NCBI GenBank assembly: GCA_964247055.1
Contig: OZ176053.1
Coordinates: 4,464,001 to 4,528,000, forward strand
DNA: 64,000 nucleotides
Direction of reading: 5' to 3'
DNA from: Paragordius varius
Lineage: Eukaryota; Animalia; Nematomorpha
The notes beneath the pieces were generated by a model. It saw only the letters and a program-made list of their open reading frames with translations, did no database searches and was not told the DNA's origin. A program made the translations under genes and the position numbers. This document shows, one piece after another, positions 1 through 11,300 of this stretch. Numbering within the stretch: position 1 is the stretch's first letter; each line of letters starts with the position of its first letter.

Positions 1-315
1 TATGGTATTTAAAGATCAATATCTGTTTTAAAACCATTTTAGATGTTTATGTCAAATTTAAATGTCTTTTAGTTTTATTTTCTTACTTTTTGATTATATT
101 TGATATAGTTTTTATATTTTATCACAATGCTTTTTCAATCGGTAAATACTCACTATTCAAATTTTTTCCTGTGGTGTTTACATATCGCATTAACGGACCA
201 CCGACATATGTAAAATATGGTTAGATATCATTTTTGATACTTTATTTTACCCCCTTTTATGTTTTGTTAAAAAACTTTTCTAATATATATTTTAGATAGG
301 TTTCTAATTTCTTTT

Positions 316-645
316 TTATTTATAAATTACGTTAGATATATGTATATAAATATTCCCGAATTTTCGTCCATTTTGATTTAATTTGGCATTGACACATTTG
401 AAAACTTTGTTTAACTGCGAGGTAAAGTATCCACAGGTGGTGTGATTAAGAATTGCATATAACACTTCTGGAAAAATTTCCATTTGTGAAAATTTAGTTT
501 GTTCAACAGATACATTAATCTTTGTGTTAGCACCAAATCTACAATATGGATCAGAAATATCGGCACGGAAAAACACGCCCAACACTAAATTTCTGCAATC
601 AGAACGTAGACTTTTGAATAAAATCTTATATTTGCATGACCCCAA
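316..645 (-). CDS. Unassigned coding-like exon(s) of an unidentified minus-strand gene
   Basis: 109-codon open frame with higher GC than its flanks and splice-like signals nearby. No family recognised and I could not build a consistent exon chain. Confidence 0.25.
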   Translation of the reverse strand: MGSCKYKILFKSLRSDCRNLVLGVFFRADISDPYCRFGANTKINVSVEQTKFSQMEIFPEVLYAILNHTTCGYFTSQLNKVFKCVNAKLNQNGRKFGNIYIHISNVIYK

Positions 646-1909
646 GAACTATTATTACACAACGAACCATGACCTTCACACAATGCTACAAATAACATCA
701 ATAGTCTATGTTATTTTAATAAGTTGTTAAGATATACGCACATACCTTGTAGACAACCCCATCCAATATTTTACAATGTTACAAAATTAAGTCTACACTG
801 CAAGAAATACTAGTGCAACCCATAAAACTTTTGCAAACATTTTAAAAATGATCTAGCACAACACAATTTTAACATAGATTAGATAATAGAAAGTTATGCA
901 TAAAACAATTAAAAGATACATTTCTTTTATGATTATCTCCTCAATGAATATTTTTTGGAAATTGTCCGCAACTAATATCCTCTGAGAAGCGCGTTTATAA
1001 TTTAGGGCTCATCAATGTCCTTTAATTTATTTCTTTTTTTTTCGATAAGGATTTTTTTTAATTTTATATTGAGATTCCACTTGTTAACAGAAATAATTTT
1101 GATATTTGTCTGACAATCTTATAAATATTTTTCATCCAAATCACACCAAATATACCCTGCTTTGTAGTAACTATTCTTATCCCGCATTAATCCAATTTTT
1201 TAACTGTAAGGCGAAAACCTGCCAACTGTTTTTAAGATTAACTAAAACAACGCGATTTACCAATAATTTAAAATATTTGATCATTCTATTTGATAGCCTT
1301 ATCCTCTCTAATATCTATAGGTGTATTTCAAGTTTGCCGTAAATTACCGATTAATTACTCTTAAAATATACTTCGAAAAATACATGAATATTTTGTATAA
1401 ATACCGTAAATTAATATCCCAATACCTTAAATTTTTTGAATAGCTTAATATAACGATTGGGATTTTGTTTTTTAACTATGGCCATATAGATAGATATTAG
1501 ATAGCCAGTACCACGGTTAAAACAACACTTTCTATCTACAATATCGATTCTTCAATTTTGTCTGAATATAATTTTTTGAATATCATATTTTGATAAATAT
1601 TTGTCTTATCATTAAAATAAAATTGGAATGAAACGCTAATAAGAAAGGCCAAAAAGAATCTTATTTTCGCCTGATCCTATGTCAATAAATTATATATTTA
1701 ATGAATTTTTACGGATCTTCTTCTGACAAAAATTAACACCAATATTTTTCATCTTTTGCATAAACATTCTAATAATCTAATATTATCTTGTTAATAATTA
1801 TTTTGGTAATGTTATGTTCATAAAATTTATTTGCCGTTAAAGTCAATATAAATTTTACAGTATAAACTTAAGTCGTTTTAAAAGTATTACCCTCAAAAAA
1901 ATTAATATT

Positions 1910-3415
1910 ATGTGTTTTGATTTAAATAGCTATAAAAGATATTTATACCCCCTTTTTCTTTTCTCGTTGTTCAGGTATCTTTTCAAAAATGAAATGGCAA
2001 AGAAAAATTTGGAGGAAAAGAAAGAAGCCAAACGCCTACAACGACTTCAGGAGAGGGAGGAGAAAATAAAGGCTGAAGGTGATCATTTGCACTATGGATT
2101 GAATGGGAACACATTAATGTATTTTATACGTGAACCAGACATTAATCGCTCGTATACCTGGAACCTTGTGAAAGCCAATATAGCTAATGAACCCAATCTC
2201 GTGGTTGATTTTAGTTTAGAGGATAAAATGAATACCTTCGAAAAGGGTGAAACAGCTAACCAAATCCGTGAAATGTTACAATTTAATCGTTTAAATCGCT
2301 TCCCATTTAACATAACTTTTACGGGTTGTAAGGGTGTCCCCTCACACAATAAGTTTAGGGCTTCGCCCACCTCTCAACATTATGCGGACAATGAAAATGT
2401 TATGAAAGATAAAAAAGAAGAGATAAAAAATCTTATTAATGCAAACAATGACCCGAATCAATCTTCTGTCGATTCTCAGCCTTTACTGTGCCAACCACTC
2501 ATAAATATTGTGAAACATCGCTTGATTGAAATAGACAACTTTTTAGTAAATTACACAGCCAAATCATATTTAGGTATGGTTTTTTTTCATTTAACTTAGG
2601 TATTTAGCAATTAAGGATTTTGTCAGAAGAAAATAGCTTATTTTATATTTGTATCACCAATTTAAATTTATTAGTTTTAGGTTTTATGTCACATGATTAT
2701 AAAAGATGTATAAAACTTTAGAAATCCTTTCAGAAATTGAAATTTCTTATCATCTAAAAGAATTTTTAATGTTATTTTAAAGAATATAAGTTCTCCTCTT
2801 TATGAATCTCACTCTATAATATTCAATTTTTGGTAAAGAACATTCTTCTCTTTTATTATACCTATAACTAATTTCATACGGGTTTTAAATTTTATATTAA
2901 GCGAGACTTTAGTGGCAAAAATATTAAATTTTAGTTTATCCATTAAAACCGTAATTAATTCTTTACATGATTTATTATGCATAGATTTATATCCCAGAGA
3001 TACCTTAATATATTTGTCGCCCAACGGTGAAGTATTACAAGAATTAATAATATATAGAATTATATGGAAAAATGGGATCCTTATGCCACCTATATTTTAG
3101 GGGGTATTGTGGAAAAAAGTGTTATTGTCCCTTATACGCTAGCTATTTCCAAGCGCCAAAAAATTAGATGTTTGAGATTACCCATTGACAAATATTTAAG
3201 GTATTTTTTAGATAAAATTGTTCTTTTATAGGTGGGGATTAGGAAAGAAGGATTTAACCCTAAATCAAGTTATAGCCATACTTTTAGATTATAAAAACAC
3301 GGGTTCATGGGATATTGCTTTTCGGCATATACCGCGACGCAAATTATTCAATTATCAAAAACAACTAGAAAATGAAGATAAACGTTTTAATAATATTGTT
3401 CAAAATAAATTTTAA
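1910..3415 (+). CDS. TRMT10C: Mitochondrial RNase P protein 1 / tRNA m1R9 methyltransferase (SPOUT, Trm10 family)
   Basis: Exons ~1910-2573, 2985-3031, 3058-3200, 3232-3415 join in frame via GT-AG introns of 411, 26 and 31 nt. Motifs: SYLDLYPRDTLIYLSPNGENYMEKWDPYATYILGGIVEK and RWGLGKKDLTLNQVIAILLDYKNTGSWDIAFRHIPRRK, matching the TRMT10C C-terminus. The N-terminus is uncertain (polypyrimidine tract + AG at ~1975). Confidence 0.88.
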
Positions 3416-3588
3416 TTAAATTATAACCGTTGAAAAATAAATAATTATTGATAGCATAATCCTGTACACATTTCATGTTCTAGAACGCGTGTTGTATTAA
3501 CTGTTGACAAAAATAATTGTTGGTGTCGGTTGTTCTATTTTTACATTGTTTAAAAAAATACTTTTTTATGATGGCAATGATTTTTAAC

Positions 3589-4792
3589 ATGGACACAAAT
3601 GGTGAACCATGTTCCAATGAATTAATAAGCTTGAATAACGTTGTCATGGCAACGCCTTCCTGTTGGGATCCGAACAAAGACACACCGTATAAAATGGTAC
3701 CTTATGTATTATCAGCAAATAAAGAATTAACGTTTCCATATAAATTATTTCGAATCGTTTGCCATTCAAAATCGTCTGCTATTACATGGAATGTAGATGG
3801 TAAAAGTGTTTTAATTAATATAAACGAATTTCAAAGCGAATACTTAAATAAGGGAATATTTCAAACAAAACGATTGGCAAGCTTTGTGCGACAATTGAAT
3901 TTATATGGATTTAAAAAGGTAAAGGATCAAAGATTTATAAAAGAACGAGATACCAATAATAATATTTGGCAATACGAGCATAAGTATTTTAAAAAGGAAC
4001 ATCCAAACTTACTAGTATATGTCAATAGAACTCATCCAATACGCGCACGATCTAGAAAATCTGTGGTTACAAACGTTCGAGAAGTTAATAATTGTCAGAT
4101 AAATAATATTTCGTTTGAACCTTATCAAAACGACATTGGACATAATCAATTGCTCGCTTGTAATCCTGGGTATTATGAAGATGCCAATATACTATATCCT
4201 GAAACGGAGTTAGGATTAGATGAAATGCCTAGGTTTGAAGAATATGATGAAAATTCGAACTCCATAGAAAAGATATTAACTGACGTTGCATATGAAAATG
4301 AAAATTTTAACCAAACGAAGAGCGAAAATTTAGAATATAAAATTCAAAAACGACGACGTCGAAGAACCAAAAATTCTGAAGATGAAAAATATCTACCTCA
4401 ACCATATTGCAACAAGTTAGAATAATTTAAAAAGTAGGGTTTTAATGGATACAACTAATCAAAGCTTGCAATATGATTATCCTCAAGAATATTATCAATG
4501 CCAACCAGTTGAAAAAGTATTTTTTATTTAAATTTAGATGTATTATAATATACAATCACCAATTGTTCCGACTGAAGAAATTTTACCGAATTTTTCAAAT
4601 TTTCAAAATAACACCGCTTATCATATTCCAACGCTAAGTCCAGTTGAAATGCATTGGCGACTAAATGATGCGGTAGAATACCAAAATCACATTCCAAATT
4701 ACATGGAAATGGACAGGCCTATTGTTACTTATGAAAGACCAAATGTTGTGGTACCAACCAATAATGCAATAGGTGGACATTTGGAAGTTTAA
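3589..4792 (+). CDS. HSF-type DNA-binding-domain protein, HSF5/HSFX/HSFY-like
   Basis: HSF DBD: LTFPYKLFRIV...ITWNVDGKSVLIN...FQTKRLASFVRQLNLYGFKKV...YEHKYFKKEHPNLL. Exons 3589-4415, 4438-4516, 4538-4792 are joined in frame by 22- and 21-nt GT-AG introns. KRRRRR is a candidate NLS. In-frame ATGs also at 3568-3577. Confidence 0.88.
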
Positions 4793-4869
4793 TTGGTTTT
4801 CTATTTTGTTGAATTTATATATTTATTTGTTAAATATTTTATTGTTGTAATTGTTAAATAAATAATTAT

Positions 4870-6066
4870 TCACGATTTAGTGCTTTTTTTGATTGGTAAA
4901 TATAATTTAAATTCTGGTGGAAGATCTTCTTCGACATATAACCTATCTGAGAAGTAAATACGCCTCAATCGGCAGTTGGCATGTATCTAAAAAATATATA
5001 AAGTCAAAGTTAAAAAATGTTCTGTTTTCAACAAAGGGTGTCCCACGTGCGGCCTTCCGAGAGATTCTGTGCGGCCCACGTAAAATTTTAAAATCCATAT
5101 TTACAATAATATGTTCTTAAAATATTAAAATTGAGATTTTTTTAATTTATTTTGAAATTAAATATATCGAACTGGCAACGAACTAGAAACATTTTAATTA
5201 TGTTAGTATTTTAAACATTATTTTAGAAATTCAAGTAATATGTATATTAATGCCCATGTAAATTTTAAAAGCGGCCCGCCGCAATTTTAATACCGCCCAC
5301 GAAGCCATTACTGTTGAACACACCTCCGACCTAAAAATAGCTAATAAAACATTACCTAACTCTTTAGAATTTGCACCCAGACCGTTTGGTTCCGGAACCG
5401 CAGTTCTTTCTCATTAAAAATATTTATTTTGATACAAAAAAGAAGAAACGTAACTATGCTAATACTTCGGATTCATTTACATTATATACAAACTAAGCTA
5501 TTTGTAAATTCAACAAACCAAAAAATGACCTGACAAATATTATTTACCTGAACTCTTAAAGTTTCGACATAGGTAGAACCATAGGCGCGTTTTACGAAGT
5601 CTGGTAAATTCATTTGGATAACGTTCCAACCTTCATCCATTCTAAGAGGCATTGTGCAAATGTAAGGTTTTATACGCGTACTACTTTGATAATTGCTGGC
5701 TCGAAACCTTCGTATTATATTTTTATCATCCAATACCTGAATAATATATTGGCTAAAAAAAAATTTACTTGAACTTCGAACGTAAAATATTTATTGAGAT
5801 TTTTAACAATCAACACCATGTAAGGTAATTTTATGCCTAAGGTTTTTTTAATATCCATAGGGCATGTAATGTATGTCGTGCTAACATTGTTGCCAATTAT
5901 CTCTATAATCAAGGATTGTATATCATTATCGGATATCCTTTTGATGTGGCCATTTTTTACCTTTTTTTAATAAAGATAATACTTTAGTGTCCCATAACTG
6001 TAATGGCTTAGTTCCCAAACTATATAAAATAGACAAATACCCACTTTGAAATGTGTTTTTTAACAT
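4870..6066 (-). CDS. CFAP20: Cilia- and flagella-associated protein 20 (BUG22), 193 aa
   Basis: Exons 6066-5983, 5960-5769, 5736-5548, 4986-4870 give [37 protein letters not shown]...[31 protein letters not shown]. Introns are 22, 32 and 561 nt. Confidence 0.97.
5033..5326. mobile_element. Degenerate hAT (Buster/Charlie-like) MITE in CFAP20 intron 3
   Basis: Left end AAAGGGTGTCCCACGTGCGGCC and right end GTTGAACACACCTC resemble CAGGGGTGTYCAA TIRs, with internal GCGGCC motifs. No clean 8-bp TSD. Confidence 0.4.
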
Positions 6067-6320
6067 TTTTTTAATACATTCACATTATAATGTGGTAAAT
6101 TCAAAAATATCATAAAATTTAAACTTTTTTGACTACAAACACAGATAATCGAAATGATTTAGCTCATTTTGGAATATGATAGATATTAAGCATAGATTTT
6201 TTGCCATTTTTTACGGTACCGTATTATCTGCATCCAAATTAGGCCCCTTATTTTAATTTGAGAGCAAACGCCTTGAATCAATTTTTTTCTTGCATTTATG
6301 GTGTTTGTGATCGTTTAATA

Positions 6321-6340
6321 CAGGGGTGTTTAACTAACGG
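6321..6340 (+). mobile_element. Solo hAT-like left terminal inverted repeat
   Basis: CAGGGGTGTTTAAC resembles the TIR of the 43225-43505 element. No matching right end found. Confidence 0.3.
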
Positions 6341-8380
6341 GTCACATGCTTAAAATTCTAATGCATTTATCTCCCAATTCAAATATAATAAAACTGGAAC
6401 TCGCCAAAAAGGCCTTCAAATTTGCAGATATTTATACTCAAAAGATAAATAAATAAGTCAGGACCATAAAAAGGGCCGCGGTGTTGCCATAAAAAAATAT
6501 AGTCATTTGAGGCCAATTTACATTATTAATTAGGTGATGGTTTTATAAACTTAAATATCGATTATAATTTTATAAACATCCTTTTTCGTTACAGAATGTA
6601 ATTAATTTAGCCTTTAAATTATTGATTACATTAGACAAAAAAATTTAACTTTTTTTAAGTGCCATTATTGAAAATTATAAATTTATTTCATTAAAGCACA
6701 TATAAATTGGTCAGACGCCTAACTTTTATTAATGTTTATCGATAATTTTGTGTCCCGATCTGATTTAACAGTTATTTAGGTGTATATAATAAAATTTATC
6801 CTTATATAAGGGAAAAATTTTCACAGACAAACTAATTTAATAATCATATCATTTATTTTAAGATAGTAATTTGGGTTTTAGTATAAAAAAAGCTTTTGGC
6901 TCGCTTTTTTAAAATTTATTATTATCTATTTTACCTAGTTGATACTAACACATTGTTATAACTGTGAATTTATTACATAATTGTTAAAAAGATCAAAACC
7001 ACTTTATACTTTGTTTTAAGTCGTTGATATTTTGAAATTATAAGCCTCCTGATGAAAATAAATCAATATGGATTAGATGGTAATTTTTTTATAATCGAAA
7101 AACTAAAAAATGTTTTGAATGACATAAAATCAAAAAACTTTGTTTTAGTTATTTTTATGCATTTAAATATATTAATTAAGAATGAAGCTCTGGCTTCGCG
7201 CGTTTGTCGGTTCATATGTCCAATATTAATATCGATTTAAAACATATTAGTATGCATTTTATAGAGTTTTCCTCACTCTTTCGGATATTACAAATGGGCA
7301 TTTGTTGTATATTTTCAAAGAAGAAACATTATTAAGTAAAATTTTGATAAAGAGAGCGCATAAAAAAATCAAATTATAAAAAATTCTTAGGTGGTATTAT
7401 AATTTTTATTTCAGATTAACTGTTAAAATGATAGTAAATATCAGAAAATGTAAAAACTCGTCTAGTATTTCCACATTTTTGTTGTTTATATTTAAATCGT
7501 CCTTTTATTGTTCTAAAATAAAATTTAAGCATGGTTGCTTACATAAAATCACATGCACAAGAATTATTTTTGATGAACACCATTGTGCATTTTACAATTT
7601 TATATTAAAAAATAATAGACTTAATTGGTCATAAATATGTCATTACATGAAATTACGACATAGTTTTCACTATGGTAAAACAACAATTTAGTGGTTGTTT
7701 TGCATTTATAAAAAAATACAGTTTGTTGGGATTTAATAAATATTTAATGATGTCCATGTGACATAATTTTTATATGTGGACGATATATGTTTATCCATTT
7801 ATTTAATTAATCATATATCCCGTTAGGAACAAGTATTCAAAATTTTTTAATTTGAATAAACGCGAATTTTAAATCTTCAATTTTCTTTGACAGGTAATGT
7901 TAAGTTCAAGCTCCAATTGTGTAAATTTTAGTTATTTCCTATTACACCCCCACAGTCTGTATAAAACTTCTACTTGAAAGACTTTATAAATTATATTAAG
8001 TGGTTTAAAATCATAGTGTAGGGCTCCAATATAAGAATAAATATAAAAAATAGAAAAGCCATGGTTTTAAATGCTCTGATCAAAACAATTTTTTATTTAA
8101 ATTTGAAGACAAAATATTTTTTCACGCTGATACACTTATCATCTAAGTCACAACGCAGCAAGACAGAGAATTGCTAGTAACATATATATGAAAGAATCTA
8201 AATTTGAAATGTTTTAATCTTTTATCAAATTATTAGTTGAGCTAACTATAACATAACGGTAAATGGAGTAAACTAAAAATGTATCAAAGAATCATTGGTA
8301 TCCATAGGTTTTATTTATAAAAATAAATATATATTCACAAAAACAAAACAATAGTGTCTTTGATATCCAAATAAATTATA

Positions 8381-11300
8381 TTATATCGTTCTAATGTGCG
8401 TTTGAAGTGACTTCCATGCCAAAGTTTTCTGAATCATTTCTGAATTCATTAAATTTTTTGGTTGAGTCATCGAACTCAAATTTGTAATATCGCTTCGTAT
8501 CTACAAATATTATATAAAAAAAGATGACCAAGTATTTAATATTTGGTTAAAATGAAATTTGGCATAATTTATTTTACTTTTTCGGCCAAATTTTTCTCTT
8601 GAGTAAACGGATTAGGTACACGACTTAAGTGTTGCAAAGGTATAGATAATCTTTTAGTTTGAATGCTATCCAATTGTAACAATTGGTCCGATATGCGTTC
8701 GAATGCGTTGCGAACAGTATTAGGTAAATTACTAAATTATTATTATATAATAAAATCGCTTATTTTCACAAAAGATAGTTTAAATATATAGCATTATCAT
8801 AATTATACACCGTAAAAATTCAAATTATAGGGACAAAATATATAAATATGGAGACAATTTGTTTTACAAAGACCGCTGTTTTTTTAAACCTTATTTTTTG
8901 TATATAATTTATTTAACTACAATTGTAAAATATAATGTTGTGGTACTATTTCATATGCAAATTTAAACAATGAGTTATAATCAAATCAAATTTAAAAACA
9001 GGGTTGTCCTTTTATTTTTACATTTTGTAAATAATTTCAATTTTACTGTATTCAAAAACCATATTACCTATAATCGATATCAGTATTGTTAGCTATTTCA
9101 TATGTACTGTTTAAGGATAACAAATCATCTAAATGTAAAATAAATTTACAAACATAGGAATAATAATTAAATAAAACAGTAAAGTTCTGAAAATTATAAA
9201 TATAAATTTGCATATTGAAAAATGGATGGTTATTAATAAAAAAATTAATGTATATGCCGTATTAATACAATAATTAAAAGTTTAAGTTTAATAATACCCA
9301 AATATCTAAATTAGAAAACAATTTTCATATATAATGTATTATTTAAGATCCAAAGATTATAATCGGAATTCTGGTAATCCTTTATCAAAAGCACATATAC
9401 ACCTAATCTATTTTAAAGAAAATTTGCGTTTTTCCTGAAAATTTATAATATTTTAATGTTAAGTTACCTCTCAAAAGTAAATCTGTGTCCTCCTTAGATA
9501 TATTAGCATTGCTTGTATCGTAAAATGGTGCAAATGACATAAATGGATGATAATTGTCATCCAAATAAGCGTTATCCAAGTATTTAACTGGAACATATAT
9601 ATATATATATATATAAATCATAAATTTATTGTTAGAGTAGACCACAGTTAGGAAAAATTTTAAAGTTACAAATTAAAAATATATTTAATACTATATGTTA
9701 TTTTCAGTCGTATTGCATTTAATACCGATTCCAAACAATAAGAGGAACAATTAAGCTTATAATATATGAAAACCTTAGTTAGAAAACCGAATTTATAATT
9801 CTAATCAACATCCTAAAAAATTTTCTCAGTTAGTATAATTATTTTGTAAAAATTCTTAAGGTTTTTAATTAAATATGAGATATACAGAATTGGTCATAAT
9901 TTTAAAATTAAGAAAAACAAACCTGGAACCACTTTGTTTCCTAACAAGTTATTTGCCTTTGTATTATGGTATGTTTTTTGTGAATCTTTAATCATGTCAG
10001 TTCCCTTAGTAAAACATTGCCTCTCCAAATCGCCCAAAGTAACAGACTTTTTTGTATCAGCGTTGGTATGGTTAACAAAGGGTAAATAGGTAAGATTTTC
10101 ATTCTAAATTATATACAGCATTTACAATTCAATTCAAATTCACCCTAAAAATAAATTATGTGTTTTCAGGCTAATATAACTCATTATTGATATGAAATAT
10201 GTTTTTCAAGCATAGTTATTATTTCAGTGTTATATTAATTTTAAACAATATTTCATTTTTTCACAAATAAAAAAAATATAGATAATTTTTATCTTTAAAA
10301 AACACATAATTTATTTAATTTGAATTGTTCAAGAGTGAATTTGAGCTGTAAATGGTATATAATAATTTTAGAATTTTAATCATCATCGCTAAACATTTAA
10401 AAATAATTTTGTATATGCATTAAAGTAAAAACTACATAAACTTGTTTATCCAAATTCCATATAATAATATATTATTAAAGTTATTTTATATACTGTAGAT
10501 TCTTCTGTTTGAGACATTAGCATTTCATACAAGGATGGTCCTGTTATTTTAAAAAGTATAAAAGCAATATCTCAAAATTTTTTGTAAAACATACGAAATG
10601 TAATTATTACTTTGTTTTTTAATAGTGGTAGGGAAAAAATATTTGTAGACATCAATGGTTTCACTTTTTTTTCTATCACCTTCATTTTTATCGTTTGATG
10701 AATCAGTCTATAATATAATGGGAAATCAAAAAAAATTTGTCGAATTAACTTATATTAAGAGATTGATAATTAATCAGTTATTAAATTATAATGAATATAA
10801 TCAAATAGTTAAAACAACGCCAGCATATTTCAAAAGGATATATTTATAGCCAATTTTCTCAGATAAAACCAGTTTTTAAGTAAAATTAACTTTTAATCGA
10901 TACATACCAATTCTAAATGGCTGATCTTACCAGTCATTCATTAAATAACTTATTTTAATTTTCTGAGACATAGTGGATAGGTTTCGCAAAAAGAGAGTTT
11001 GAAATATAAATAGTCCATGAAACGTAATTTAGTTAAAAACATGTTTTAAAAAGATCAAAGATCTAAAAAGCGTATTCTAATTATTTTCTTATTCCAAATT
11101 TACTATATCAAAAACTCGACTATTAGAATATTACATAAAAATATAAGTATGGGTAAATATACACTTTATACTAATTTTTCATTATTATGGCTTGATAGCA
11201 TTTAGAATTAAGCAAATATTATTGGCCAAGAGGAAAAAAGGGCGAAAAAATGCATATGTTAATATTTACGAAATTTAAGCTTATAATTATATTTTTCTTT

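Noticed and set aside
2092-3024. Antisense ORFs over TRMT10C (2092-2370 and 2809-3024)
   Set aside because: Shadow or AT-rich chance ORFs with no recognisable motif.
6200-6250. Palindrome TACGGTACCGTA resembling back-to-back pogo-type ends
   Set aside because: No partner TIRs found; a similar lone end at ~17716 is also unpaired.
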